Shown here: piece by piece, positions 30,431-43,855 of the stretch
How positions within the stretch are numbered: the first letter of the stretch is position 1
How the letters are laid out: every line of letters starts with the position of its first letter
IMG/VR virus record: IMGVR_UViG_3300033463_000003
Reading direction: 5' to 3' (one strand)
Source: a virus
Taxonomy: Duplodnaviria > Heunggongvirae > Uroviricota > Caudoviricetes
Length of the DNA: 64,000 nucleotides
Program-made: the position numbers and the translations under genes
Notes under the pieces: model-generated
The model's database searches: none
Told to the model about the DNA's origin: nothing
Seen by the model: only the letters and a program-made list of their open reading frames with translations

Positions 30431-32530
30431 ATGGATGCAATAACAGAGTATGAGGCAAAGTTAAAAGAATCTAATTCAAAACTTAGCGCTTATGAGTTTG
30501 AAATGGAAGATAAGCTTTATAAGCTACGCCTTTCAAATACAGAAAAACTTGCAGAAGCTAAGGCAAAATATGACACTGCTGGATATGATAAGATAGCCAA
30601 GCTCGGTTTATTAGCAACCAAAAAAGATTTAGAAAATGCTCAGAAAGCTGCCCATGCTGCCGCTGAATTAAAATACCGTGAAGAACGTGGTATAAAAGGC
30701 AAGCTTTCAAAAGAAGATAAGAAAGCATTAGCTGCACAATTTGCTGAGCAAGATGCTAACTTAACTAAAAAATATAAAAAAGAATCTAAATTAGCAGACC
30801 AAATACATAAGCAAGCACAAAAGAATATTGCTGCTGAAAATGCACAAAGAGCTGCTGGTGCCTTAAAAGAAGGTTTATTTGGCAGCGGAAAATCAATGGC
30901 TGAAAGAAAACAAGCCTTATATGATGCTTTCCACCAAAATAAAGATGGCAGTAAAAATACTCTTGCTGGTTTAGCAACATTAACAAATGCTTTATCTGAC
31001 TTAACAAAACAATTAGATAGTAGTATTGAAGAAATTGCCAAACAAAAAGGTGCTATTGATACACGTTTACAAGGCTCTGGTTTAAAAAGGAGACTTGGTT
31101 CATATTGGGATGCTATAAGTAATGACATTATTGGTGTAGCAGGTGTTTCGCCATTAGTTAGACAATCCGATGTTGTTAAAAATGTTGGCACAATGGTTGA
31201 TGCAGGTATTGCATATAACGTTGAACAACGTGCTTTTTTACAAACAATTAAAGATAAAATTGCAACTACATTTGATGCTAATAATGGTACACTTTTAAGA
31301 TTAGTTCGTATTCAACAACAAGATTCCACAGCTGCTCGTTTAGGCATGGAGTCTGCAATGAACTCATTCTTAAATAATATGTATGAAAATACAGAATATT
31401 TAAAAGGTGTTGCAACTGCTGTTAAGAGCAACTTAGAAGAAGCTATGTCATTAATGTCTGCAACTGATGCTGTAAGCTTTGAATATCAAGTCCAAAAATG
31501 GATGGGTTCATTATACTCTGTTGGTATGTCCCAAGGTGCTGTTCAAGGTTTAGCAGGTGTCGTTGGTAAATTAGCTGCTGGTGATATTTCAGGTATTACT
31601 GGTGGTGGACAAGGAAACTTATTAGTTATGGCTGCAAATAAAGCTAATCTTTCACTTGCAGATATGTTAGCTAATGGTTTAAATGATTCTGATACAAATA
31701 GATTATTAGATGCAATGGTTGACTACTTAGCACAAATTGCTAATGACTCTAAAAATAGTAGAGTAGTTCAACAACAAATTGCTAATGTTTATGGATTAAC
31801 TGCATCTGATTTAAAAGCTGCCACAACACTATCTAAATCAAGAAAAGCTGTTGCAGGTGAATATTTAAGCTATAATGGTGCTCTTGCTCAATTAACAAGT
31901 ATGGCAAGCAGTATGTATAGCCGTACAAGTATTGGTGAAATGATGACCAATGTTTGGGATAACTTTAAATATACAATGGCTGGTGGTATTGCTTCTAACC
32001 TTCCACTTTATGCACTATATAAAGGTGCTGGACTACTAGATTCAATTGCTGGTGGTATTAACTTACCAGATATTAAAGTTATGGGTTCAGGCGTCAACTT
32101 ACAAACAACTGTTGCTGACTTAATGAGGGTTACTGCTTTATCTGGTAGTATCTTATCTGGTATTGGCCAAATGATTGCTAATGCAGGTGCTGGAGGCGGC
32201 TTTAATCCTGTTGGCATGCTAAAAGCTATGGGTATTACTACTGTATCACGTGGCGGACGCACAACTGTTAGAGGCGCAAGTACATCTGAATCAGGTACTG
32301 TTGGTAATGCTTCTGGTGATGATGCATATAACCAAACAATGGCTGGCGCTGAAGATACTCAAAAGAGCAAGATGGCTGAAGCAAAAGAAGATGAAGAACA
32401 AGATGTTGCAAATAAAGTAATTAATTCTAATGTTATCTTAATTCTTGAAGAGCTTAGAAAGATTACCGGACAAACTGTAACACTTAGAGTTTCAACTGGT
32501 ACAGATAGAAGAAACGGCTTTATTGATTAA
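30431..32530 (+). CDS. Tape measure protein (putative)
   Basis: Long A/L/G-rich helical protein between the tail chaperone and baseplate genes. Confidence 0.7.
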   Translation: MDAITEYEAKLKESNSKLSAYEFEMEDKLYKLRLSNTEKLAEAKAKYDTAGYDKIAKLGLLATKKDLENAQKAAHAAAELKYREERGIKGKLSKEDKKALAAQFAEQDANLTKKYKKESKLADQIHKQAQKNIAAENAQRAAGALKEGLFGSGKSMAERKQALYDAFHQNKDGSKNTLAGLATLTNALSDLTKQLDSSIEEIAKQKGAIDTRLQGSGLKRRLGSYWDAISNDIIGVAGVSPLVRQSDVVKNVGTMVDAGIAYNVEQRAFLQTIKDKIATTFDANNGTLLRLVRIQQQDSTAARLGMESAMNSFLNNMYENTEYLKGVATAVKSNLEEAMSLMSATDAVSFEYQVQKWMGSLYSVGMSQGAVQGLAGVVGKLAAGDISGITGGGQGNLLVMAANKANLSLADMLANGLNDSDTNRLLDAMVDYLAQIANDSKNSRVVQQQIANVYGLTASDLKAATTLSKSRKAVAGEYLSYNGALAQLTSMASSMYSRTSIGEMMTNVWDNFKYTMAGGIASNLPLYALYKGAGLLDSIAGGINLPDIKVMGSGVNLQTTVADLMRVTALSGSILSGIGQMIANAGAGGGFNPVGMLKAMGITTVSRGGRTTVRGASTSESGTVGNASGDDAYNQTMAGAEDTQKSKMAEAKEDEEQDVANKVINSNVILILEELRKITGQTVTLRVSTGTDRRNGFID

Positions 32531-32543
32531 GGAGGATATAGTA

Positions 32544-34058
32544 ATGATACAATTTAACTCAGACCATATTATTGTTGGACAAATAAAGCAATTACTACAT
32601 TCTTTTAACTTACCAACCTATCGTGTTTATACAAAAGAACAAAGGCAATATTATGAAAAAACTGGCCAAGAATTAAATGTAATTTCTTCTGTCCCAATTA
32701 TAACAGGTTCTACAAATATTCCTGATCATGTAAGATATATTGATTATATTAAAGATAATAAAATTCAACGTTATTATGCTGAAACAACAATCGTAAATGG
32801 CACTGCAGTAGTTAAAGCACCAAGCTGGCATGAAACAGGTAAAACATATTATTATAATAAAAAAGAATTAAATAGAACTAAAAATTTAAAAATTACTAAT
32901 AATATTTATGATACTTATACTCATGAATATTTAGGAAATTACTTAAGATTTCAACGTGATTATAATGGTATCAATTTAATGCCATTCTACAACTGCTTTA
33001 GTAATAATATTGTTTCATCATCTTTAAAATATGAAATACAAACAAGTGGCATTGCTGCTGATGAAGCTGGATATAGCACAAAAATAATTAGTACATTTGA
33101 TACAAGTAATGATAAGTATAAAATTTATATGGTACCTGTAAAGGCATTCCAAACATATACTATCGCTGTTGATAGTGCTGATGGACTTGAGCTTTGTTGT
33201 GGTATCTATGATAAATACAGTGATACTCGTGAAAAATTAGCACATATTCCATCACTTACATACCTTAATGTAAAATCTGCTTCATTTAATCACCCATTTT
33301 TATATGACAAATTATTAGACATTACAAATAGTATGTCTGAGGAAAGTAATGCGGAGTTAGCCACTATTGAAAAAAATCTAAAGCTTTTTATCAAATTACC
33401 TGCTGAAAATAAGTCAACAATTGTAATTTTGGAAGGAAATTATTGTAGTTGAAATGATAAATCTGTGTATGAAGAAATTTCAAGTAGTGGCCAAACAAAA
33501 ATGCAATATACTAATTTTGCTCAAACAAATATTTATAATAATCATATTGTAAATAACTATGAAAAAAATACTAGCTCAATATTTGATACCTATCCAGATT
33601 TTAATGAAAGAAATATGCAATTTATTACTGCACTACAATTACTGTTATTAAACACTGGCCAACAATATCCATTTTCTGATAAGCTAATTGAATTTTTAAC
33701 TGATAATGTAATTAATCCATTAGATACTATTTCTGATAATATTAAACGTGCTCAAACAGTTATAAAAGAAAATAATAATGAAATAGATGTTGATGGTATT
33801 TGGTCTGGAGAAATGCAAGCAATTTTATATGACTTTGTAAATTCAAAAACAAGCTTAAATAATATTACTTCTAGTGATAGAGTAGATTGTATAGGCTATG
33901 GCGACAAAGTTGTTGAAAAAGCTTATAAGAGTACCAAAATTACTACCACACGAGTTGGTGATAAAACAAAAAGAACCAGGGAAGTTATTAATACTCTTAA
34001 TGATATTAATCTTTATGAAAGTACATATAAAAATAATTATAAAGGAGGAAGTAAATAA
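32544..34058 (+). CDS. Tail/baseplate-region protein (504 aa)
   Basis: AAGGAGG RBS. A single TGA at 33450 joins two ORFs. Confidence 0.7.
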
Positions 34059-34060
34059 CT

Positions 34061-34696
34061 ATGCCAACAAATATAATTGATGAGCCATATCCAACCGATA
34101 CTTACCCTTTTCCTGATAACTATATTTATATTTCACACTTAGATGAAGGATTAAAATTCTGGCGTATTCCATGCTGGCCAGATGCAATTTCTGATACTAT
34201 GCAATCTAACTTTGCAACAACAACTGCTTTAGGTCGTTCTGCGCCTGTTTACACATTTAGTAATGCCGGCCCAAGAACTGTCCAAATAACTATTGCTTTG
34301 CATAGGGATATTATGGACGATGTTAATACTGGTGTTAGTAATTCTGAACTTGCTATGGGTGAAGATTATATTGATAATTTAGTAAATGCTTTAAGAGCTA
34401 TTGCTGTTCCAAGATACAATCTTTCAAATAAAGCTGTTGAACCACCCCTTGTTGCACTTAGACTTGGGCGTGAAGTTTTTATTAAAGGTGTTGTTACAAG
34501 TGGCATAGGTATTGATTTTACTAAACCAATTCTAAAAAATGATAGATATGCACAAGTTAATTTATCATTAGCAATTTCTGAAGTTGACCCATATGACGCA
34601 ACATCTGTTTATCAAAATGGTGGATTTAGAGGTGTCGTTCAAACATTTAAAGGAAGTCACCCAACTCAAAATGGTATTGATGGTATGGGCTTATAG
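34061..34696 (+). CDS. Tube-initiator/baseplate tube-fold protein
   Basis: LGRSAPVYTFSNAGPRTV and PPLV.LRLG....KGV motifs, typical of contractile-system tube initiators. Confidence 0.7.
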   Translation: MPTNIIDEPYPTDTYPFPDNYIYISHLDEGLKFWRIPCWPDAISDTMQSNFATTTALGRSAPVYTFSNAGPRTVQITIALHRDIMDDVNTGVSNSELAMGEDYIDNLVNALRAIAVPRYNLSNKAVEPPLVALRLGREVFIKGVVTSGIGIDFTKPILKNDRYAQVNLSLAISEVDPYDATSVYQNGGFRGVVQTFKGSHPTQNGIDGMGL

Positions 34697-34708
34697 GAGG
34701 TATAATTT

Positions 34709-35038
34709 ATGGATACACTAAAAGATAAAAAATATAATAGCTTTGATTATACTTGTCGCTATACAGACGTCCCATATTATTATAATATAAAAGATAAAAA
34801 ATATATTTATGGAATTGGCAGTAACTTAAATAAACAAACTGCTTATATTGCCCATAAAGTAAAAGAAACTGATACTCTTGATTATCTTGCTTTAAAATAC
34901 TATAATAACCCAACTTTCTGGTGGATTATTGCTTATTTTAATGATATTCAAGATGCATTTATTAAATTAAGTGATAAATATAGTGTACTTAATATTCCTA
35001 GTATATCTAGTATTCAATTTGGAGCTGAAAGAGAATAA
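34709..35038 (+). CDS. LysM-like baseplate wedge protein (gp53/tail X-like)
   Basis: HKVKETDTLDYLALKYYNNPTFWWIIAYFN. Confidence 0.8.
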   Translation: MDTLKDKKYNSFDYTCRYTDVPYYYNIKDKKYIYGIGSNLNKQTAYIAHKVKETDTLDYLALKYYNNPTFWWIIAYFNDIQDAFIKLSDKYSVLNIPSISSIQFGAERE

Positions 35039-36360
35039 TGGCAACATTAAAATTTTCTGAACAACGTAGATCATTACTATCAAGCCAGGCAAGAGTACAA
35101 GCACCATGAGTTAAAGTAACTATTGGTACTTTTACTTTTGGTGTTTTTTCAAAGGCAGAAGCTAATAGTAAAAATTCGCAGGGATTTTATACAGCCGGTG
35201 CTTACAGCATTCAGTATCCAAATTATATTCAATCATTAACTATTACAAAAATTAATGGCCAAGTAAACCAATATACATTAAATATTACTTACCCTGTAAA
35301 ACAAACAGATGACCCTAACTTTTTTGAAAAGGTATTTAGCAGTGTAAGCAAAACCCGTGAAATTATATTTAGCTATGGTGATGCAACAATGCCATCATAT
35401 ATCTATAAAGATGAAAAAGCTATTATTACAAGTATTCAACAATCTTTTAATCTACAAAGCTCAAGTATTTCATATGTAGTTAATGCTGTTTCTGGTGCCG
35501 CTCTTGGGACATCAAGTTGCTTTACTTTTATGGCAACAACTAAAAAACCAAGTGATGAAATTAAAAGAATTATAATGGCAAAACAATATGGTTTAAGAGA
35601 CCTTTTTACTGGCATTACAGACAATAATATTAATACATTAATTGCAGGTGATGACCAAGTTGTTTCATTAGCATCTAAAACAAATATTTCAGCTTTAGAT
35701 TATATTAATTATTTAGTTAGTTGCATGATTCCTATCGGCTCAAGTAAAGATAACAGAAGCAAAGATATTTATGTTTTAACTTTACATGATGACACTTCTT
35801 ATGATAGAATTTATGCTGATCGTGAAACTATTGAAGGTCGTGAAATTGTTGGACCATACTGCAAAGTAACTAAAATGTCATATACAACAAAACAAAGTGA
35901 TGCATTTGAGCTTGATATTGGTTATAATACTTCAACTATTGTTACAAATTTCCAAATAAGCCAAAATGAAAACTATGCTTTATACTATGACTACAATAAA
36001 AAATTACTACCAGAAGAATATGTTAGAAGAATTAATGATAATGGTAAATGGGAAGATGTTTTTGCTCCAACAAGTACATCAAGAAATAGCACACATGCAA
36101 CTTGGCCAGATGATATTACTTGATGGACAAAAATTACAAAATATCCAATTAGTGCAACAGTAACAATTCAAGGCTTACTCAGACCAGCCACACTTATGAC
36201 TTATCTTAGACTAAATGTTATTTTTCCTGGTGGCCATAGACATATTAGTTCTGGCTTATACCTAATTACAAAACAAGTTGATACTATTGATGGTAATGGC
36301 TATAGAACACAATTATCACTAACAAAACTTTCAGGTGATGAATCAGACTTAGGAGTATAA
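35038..36360 (+). CDS. Baseplate hub protein (gp27-like)
   Basis: ATG overlaps the previous stop. TGA at 35107 and 36121. C-terminal SGLYLITKQVDTIDGNGYRTQLSL. Confidence 0.7.
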
Positions 36361-36364
36361 TTTA

Positions 36365-37207
36365 ATGCTAACAAAAGGTGAAATTCAAAGTATAGATTTT
36401 ACAGGCAATTCTTGTAGAATAAGAATACCTCTTTTTGAAGTAGCTGGTATTGAAGATAAGGTATATGCTACCGCTTATTTTGCTGTTGAGCCTGGAAAAT
36501 ATAATAGCTATAAACCTGGTGATGTTGTCATTATTGGTTTTGAATCAGACCTCATTGATAAGCCAATTATCTTAGGAAAGCTTTATACAAGTATTAATGA
36601 AGACCAGCTTGATGATAATGGCTACCGTGGAAGTATTGATTGTACTAGCTTAAAAGTTAAAGAAAATGCTTCAATTCCAATTAGTACAAAAATAATTAAA
36701 AATGCATTAAGTGTTAAAGATGATGCTGCAACTACAACTATTAATGATATTATTAATACTATAAATACCAATAAAACGGATATTGAAAACATTAAGAAAA
36801 ATCTTGATATAACTAATGATAATTTAAATTATAATGAACAATTACTTTGGGAAAATCCTGCACCAAATAGTGCTTTTGCTGCACAAGATATTGCACTAAA
36901 TATGGATTATACTAAATTTAAATATATAGTTATTTTTTATAGATTTTACTTTGGCAATTGTGTTGAGCAAAGCCTGAAAATTATTCCACCAAATATTGTA
37001 GATAATATTATGGACAGTCATAATCAAACATTTATAACTGGTGGAAACTATGCAAATGACTGAGCCAGCCGCCAAATTGACTTTATTGACAGAACACATC
37101 TTAAAGTATATACTGGTAAAAGAGTGGATGCAAATAACCCAACTAGTGGTACAAATAGAACTGAATTCTGTATTCCAACTAAAATATATGGTGTAAATAA
37201 CCTATAA
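36365..37207 (+). CDS. Baseplate spike protein (gp5/gpV-like OB-fold N-terminus)
   Basis: Motif CRIRIP...GDVVIIGFE....PIILG. TGA at 37061, ends TAA. No lysozyme domain recognised. Confidence 0.7.
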
Positions 37208-37246
37208 ATTTAATAAATTTTTAATAGATAAAAAGTATATAAAAAT

Positions 37247-37256
37247 TGCTAAATTA
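37247..37256 (+). promoter_or_regulatory. Putative late promoter TGCTAAATTA
   Basis: Motif copy upstream of a GAGGAG RBS. Confidence 0.7.
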
Positions 37257-37273
37257 TACTGAGGAGCCAATGT

Positions 37274-37663
37274 ATGACATCAATAAAATTCCCAAATATG
37301 TTTAATACAAATAGCACAAATGTATGAAAAAGTAGTGAACATAATGAAGCCACTACTCAGAATACAATTATTTTATTACACTGTGAGCGTGGTGAACTTT
37401 TTGATGACCCATACTTCGGGTTAATGTTAAGGCACTATATGTTTGACCAAAATAACTATGTGCTTCGTGATGCAATTGCTGATATGGTTTATACTCAACT
37501 TGCATTATTTATTCCTCAAGTACATGTTAAACGTGAAGATATTAGAATTATTCAAAATAAACAAAAAGGAAAATTATATTGTGTATTTAAAGGTATAAAT
37601 CAAATTGACTATAAAACTAATACATTTAATTTGACTTTATTTGAAAATACAGAAGCATTATAA
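37274..37663 (+). CDS. Baseplate gp25-like sheath initiator
   Basis: TGA at 37325. Motif LL..ERGELFDDPYFG..L..YMFD. Confidence 0.8.
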
Positions 37664-37678
37664 TAAGGAGACAGAAAA

Positions 37679-40600
37679 ATGATTACAGAAAAAGATTTAG
37701 AAGCTCTTGAGCTATCTCCAACTAAAAAAGATTTTTATCAAATTTGAAATGAGCTTTTAGAAACCGCTAAAAAAATATCTGCCAGATGGGATCCAACAAG
37801 TACAAATGAATCAGACCCTGGTATTGTTTTACTTAAAGTTTTAACTGGTATCGCTGATAAATTAAATTATAATATTGATAAAAATATTCTTGAAGCTTTT
37901 ATGCCAAGTGCAACTCAACAAGATTCAATGCGTAAGCTTTGTGAACTTGCTGGTTATAATATTAAATATTATCAATCAGCTGAAATAAAAGTTAGAGTTG
38001 GTTGGGCAGGTTATACAAATAATGGTACTTTTACTATTGAAAAAAATGAATCTGCAGGTATTAAAAGTATTTTTATTCCTCAATTTTCTGTAATCAAAAA
38101 TAATGATGAAGATATTGTCTACACTACTACTGAAGGTGGCACTATTCAATCTAATATACCTGTTATCGAAATTAACTGTATTGAAGGTCAAGTTATTCAA
38201 TGCTCACCTGATACTGATTATGTTATTTCATTAGATAACTTAGATGATAATTTTAGATATTACTTACCAGAAGCTCAAATTGCTGAAAATGGTTTCTTTG
38301 TTTATAATATTAATAATGGAGCATACCAAAAAAATGAGTGGTCAAAAGTTGATAACTTAAATACACAACCAACAAAAGCAAAAGTATATAAATTTGGCTT
38401 TGATTCACATTTAGGACTTCCATATTTACAATTCCCAGAAGATGTTGGAAATATTATTGAAGATGGTTTATATATTTATTATACAAGAACTTTAGGTGTT
38501 AATGGTAATATTGCAGCAAGAACCCTTAGTAAAATTGAACTTGCTGATGGTGCAGATGAATATAATACTGATGCAAATAATTACACAGATTCAACTAATG
38601 ATGTTTCTGCATATTACGAACTATTAAGCATTTCAAATGAAAATGCTGCTATGAATGGTGCCAATATTGAAACCATTACACAAGCATACAATAACTTTAA
38701 GAAAACTGTTGGTACATTTGACACATTAGTTACTTGCCGTGATTATATGAACAAAATTTATCAATTATATGATGATTTAAATGTTCCACTAGTTTCTAAT
38801 GTTATTGTTAGTGATATTCGTGATGACCTTAATAGAGCATTTACACTTTGTACTTTTGACCAATATGGAATTAAATACACTGATACAAAGATGATTGATT
38901 CTACTACTAATAAAGAAAGAATTACAAACTTTGATATTATTTTATACCCATTTAAAACAATATATGGTTTAAATAATGAACAAGAGTTTATTGATTCATT
39001 TAAATTTTCTGCTGCTAACTCTATACTAATTGAAAGTGAATTAGACAGCTTAAAAACTATTTCACATAATATTATTATACCAAATGGAACAAGCACGGAT
39101 ATTTTATGTATTAAAAATTACTTTAAAATTAATGCAAAAATCACAACTACAACAAAAGTTAATGCCATTGAAGAAGCATATATTTTAGATAATATCTATA
39201 AAAATATTTATAAAACATTTAATGCTAGACAACTTGACTTTGGTGAAACTATCCCATTTGACTCTATCTTAGAATGTATTGAAACAGCTGATACAAGAAT
39301 TAAAAACGTTTCTATGGAAGAGCCTATAATTATTACAAAAGTTGCACTTATTGATGGTACTGAAATTGATATATCTGATATTACAAGTCAAGATAGTGGT
39401 AGCAGTGGTGCTGGTATTTATGCTGGCTTAGTTACTAAAAATATTTTAGCTGGAAGAGCACCATTATTTGATTATGATGAAACATTTAAACCAGAGCTTA
39501 GTGAATCAACTTATACAGGATTAGGTCAATATAATAAAATTACAAAAATTGAACCAATATGTGATTATAATCCACAAGCTGGCTCTTTAACTGCTAATGG
39601 TATACTAAAGAAAAATGAAATTATACAATTTAGAGCACCTAGCTTAAAAACAACATTAACATATCCAGCATATGTTAACTATTTTGCAAAACTTAATACG
39701 GGTACTGCTGAAGATGCCCACCCAGCAACTATGAAAACAGTACTTAATTTTATGGATGAAACAGTTAGCGGTACTAATAACTGGGATGATTTATTAACGC
39801 ATACATCAGATGATGTTTATACAAATTTAATTGCTAAAAAGGTTCCTATTACATTTACAACTAGTGATGCTTTTACAGCTAACTTAGCAAATTATGGCTG
39901 TATTTTTAAACTTAATGATAGCAATGTATTAGTTAAAGCAACAGTAGCAGATTGGCATGATGCATCTAGTCAATTCTATGTATTTCCAATTACATCTGAT
40001 ACATTTGTTGGCTGGACAATTTACATTAAAACTACAGGCATTATGGAAAGCGGTGCCTTAAAAGCACGTACTGGTTTATATACAAGCTTAGGAGTTAACT
40101 TAAATAATCCGGCTGGAAAATTAGTTGATAGTGGACATAAAAAATATAGAATATGTAATATCCCAGATTCATTTACACAAGAAAGCTCACTTAAATACTA
40201 TTTTGTACAAGATATGAGTGGCCCAAACCCAAGTGCAAATGATTATGGTATTGGTATAGATGCTACAGTTAGGGGCATACCAAAAAACTGTGAATATACA
40301 CTTGGTGAAGGTGAATATATCTTAATAAACTATACAAAAGCAGGTAGTAGCCAAGAAGATGGCTCTACAAGTGCTGATACAATTATTAATGAGGTACTTA
40401 GTAGTAGTGATGGTACTATTATTAAAACAAACTTTGATCTATATGACTCAAGTGTCTATAATAGTAGTTTATCACATAGTTTTTCAAAAACTACAGGCTT
40501 TGGTCCTTGGAATGGTTATTCAACACCAGCTGGAATGTTTACACTCGGTCCAAATGAACAAATTGAAGTTAGAAAACCGGTTGCTATTACATTAGATTCT

Positions 40601-42340
40601 GGTAATAATAGCAGTAAAAATATTAATATTTATTGGTTATTAAATAATAAAACTCAAAATGAAAGCTTCCCAATTTCTAATGATGGTTATACACTGCAAG
40701 AAAATGAATACTTCTTCTATACTGATGAAAATAAACTTGAAATGTCATATTTTGGAAGTGGAACAAAAATAAAAATACAAGGCTTAATTCCTACTAAAAA
40801 CATAAATACAAGTGATGTTTCAGCAGATGATATTATTGAAAAGGGAATTCTAGCAATACCTTGGGTACAAGTTTCTGTTAATAATACTGGAACGAGAAAA
40901 ATTGATATTATAGAATACCAATATATTACATTAGCTGAAGGTGATGCACTTAGCTCAATTAGCTTAATAGATAATAATACAGATGACCCTATAACAACTA
41001 TTGGAGATCACTGATATGGATGTTCAGCTGCTACATATATTATTGATGGTGAATCAGGTGAATTACCAGCATTTAATAGTGATAGTTTAAGTTGGGAAGT
41101 ACATAGTAAATTATTATTAAACGTTGGACCTGCTTTGACTCAAACATTAGCTGACTCAAGAGATTCTATTAAAATTAGATACACTCCAGATGGACAAACC
41201 ACACCTACTACTAAAACTATTGCATATGAAGCTGGTGATGATGCAATTTCATTCAAAACTAACTATCTTTGCCAAAGTGGTAATGATATAATTTTAATTA
41301 ATAATGATATAGATGATTTCAAACTTAAAGCATTTAAATCAAATACTTTAGAAACAACTTATATTAAAGCTGATACAGAAGAGTCTGTTACTGAAGCATT
41401 AACTACAAATAATTTTGGTAATTATTGGACAAAACTTTCATTTGAAAAATGTGCCATAAATAATGATTCAACTACACAATTATATTGTAATATTAATAGT
41501 AGTGATCAATTTGGCATGCTTATGATTTACCTTGTTAAAAAAGAAATTGACTATGCTAATGATGACTGGCCATATTTAACAATTGATAATGGTAGTTTAG
41601 CTATTTATAACTATCCAAATAGCTCTTCTGAAACATGGTGGACAAATGCTGCAGCCATTTATTCTGCAAGTATTACAGAGGATAGCCCACTTGATTGAGC
41701 AAATAAAACATATTATACACGCAGTGAATCTGCAAATAATATGCCAACTGCTAGTAGTTATGTTGATATTTATGGTTATAAATATACAGAGGCAGCTGAA
41801 GTTGACTATGATTCTAGTACTGTCTATTATGAATTAAGTACAGTTACAACCACTCCTTATTATTTAAGAGCTGGAATTAACTGTATAAAAATACCAGCTA
41901 CTTGTACATCTATAACAATTCATAAAAATATTGGCAATAATACTAACCATAATGTTATTATTTTTGGACAACTTGACGTCATCAATAAAACACAAAATAC
42001 ATCTGGTGTTAACGCTGCTTTACTAGGACTTAGTACAACAGACATTACTAAATTACTTACAAATCTTGTAAATTATGATAAGTATAATGATAATCCAGAT
42101 GGTACTGGCGCTGATTATAGAACTAGTGTTGGACACAGCTTCTATTATAACTGTCCAATTGAAAATGGTAGTGCTATTGATTTAAATACAACTAAAAAAG
42201 ATGGCAAATATATTAATACCCTTAGAGATGCTAATATTTGGTATGACTATAATAATATTAATAATAAATTTGTTATCAGTGAAATTGATGCTCCATACCT
42301 TAAAGATGGTATACAACTAACAAGAACATCAAAATTATAA
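37679..42340 (+). CDS. Baseplate wedge protein (gp6/baseplate J-like) with a long C-terminal extension, 1553 aa
   Basis: Motifs KDFYQI[W]NEL...WDPTSTNESDPGIVLL and LVTCRDY. TGA at 37745, 41012 and 41696. Confidence 0.82.
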
Positions 42341-42358
42341 TTAAGAGGATAAAGCTAT

Positions 42359-43156
42359 ATGATTAAAATACAAGATTTGGTACCAGATATTTATTATAAT
42401 CATTCAAGAGACTTCCAATTTATTGGAAGGCTTTATGATGTAGTTTTAAACTCAATTAAAACCAATAGTGATTTAGTTTATAATGTACCATTAAGTGATA
42501 ATAGTGATTCACGATTAGTTGACTTAATGGCGCTCACTCTTGGCTTTAAATCAAAGCATAGATATAATATTAAGCAACTAACAGCTATGTGTAGTATCTT
42601 TATGTCAATTTTACGTCAAAAAGGTACATTAAATGCTATTGATACTGCTTGTAAAGCATTATTAACAGCTGAAGGCATTACTGAAGATGCTTTTATTGAA
42701 AAAGAAACTGGTGAAAATGGCGAGACAATTGTAACTATCTTTGTCCCACAAGAATTAACAGATTTAAACTTATTAAAAGATTTATTAACATATATTTTAC
42801 CAGCTGGCTGTAGTTGCAATATTATTCGTGAATTACGTGGTAAATTTGAAACAAAAACTGACTTTGCATTTAGTCAAAATGTTTTAGTTTATAGAAGAAA
42901 GAATGATACAACAAGTAATTGGACTACTGAGGAAAGTGGCGAATATACAAACCAAATAAAAGATACATATATATCTATTGTACCACAACCTTATAATAAT
43001 GATGACGCTGACCCAGCGCTAAAAAACCCAGGTGCTATTACAAATCAACGTCCAAAAGCAACACCAGGTATCTTTATTAATAGTACTATTATTCAGCCAG
43101 TAGATACAACAGATAATAGCCAAAATAATGATACTAATCAAGAAGAAAATGACTAA
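42359..43156 (+). CDS. Baseplate wedge protein (P2 gpI/gp7-like)
   Basis: Motifs LMALTLGF, RQKGT..AI, YILPAG. Follows the J-like gene. Confidence 0.7.
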   Translation: MIKIQDLVPDIYYNHSRDFQFIGRLYDVVLNSIKTNSDLVYNVPLSDNSDSRLVDLMALTLGFKSKHRYNIKQLTAMCSIFMSILRQKGTLNAIDTACKALLTAEGITEDAFIEKETGENGETIVTIFVPQELTDLNLLKDLLTYILPAGCSCNIIRELRGKFETKTDFAFSQNVLVYRRKNDTTSNWTTEESGEYTNQIKDTYISIVPQPYNNDDADPALKNPGAITNQRPKATPGIFINSTIIQPVDTTDNSQNNDTNQEEND

Positions 43157-43175
43157 TTAATGGAGGCATATTTAT

Positions 43176-43832
43176 ATGAGCAACAATAATACAGGAAAAT
43201 TAGAAAACTCAACTGCTACTGTCCCAGAAAAAAGTAGCCAAAATTTATCATATACAGGAACAGTTAAAGTTTCTATTAAAGATAGTAATAATAAAACAAT
43301 TTCTACTAGGAAACATCACAACGAAGGCAGCATTGATTTATTTAAATTTTTTGCTCACTGTGTTGCTGCTGAATGAAATGCCGCTCAAGAATTACGCCCA
43401 AATAAAATATGCCTTATTTCAGCAGTTGGTGCAACTTTGGATGATATTAAAGAAACATTTAAAACAGGCTCACAAGTTGGTACTACCCCAATAAGTGTTA
43501 TGAGTGCATTAGTTGCAACATATGATAAAGCTACATTAGAAGTTGCTTCAGATGGTAATGAAAAATTAGAAAGCTATAAAGCAACATTACATTTTAGATT
43601 ACCATACTCATATATTCAACCAGGATGAATTTATGGTATTGTATTATTTTCAGCAAACACTTCAAGTGTAGATACTGATAAGGTCCTATCTGCATGGGAA
43701 GCATATTATCTATTTACTAAAGAAGAAGATAATACTATTGCTTGGGACCCGCTACCAATTTCTGCCCAACAAAGCTATAACTTAATTATTGACTGGGAAT
43801 TATCTGTCGGAAACCCTACAGCTGGAAACTAA
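43176..43832 (+). CDS. Baseplate/tail-fibre attachment region protein
   Basis: GGAGG RBS. TGA at 43374 and 43626. C-terminal LIIDWELSV. Confidence 0.6.
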
Positions 43833-43855
43833 GCACTTATTAGGAGGAAATAATT

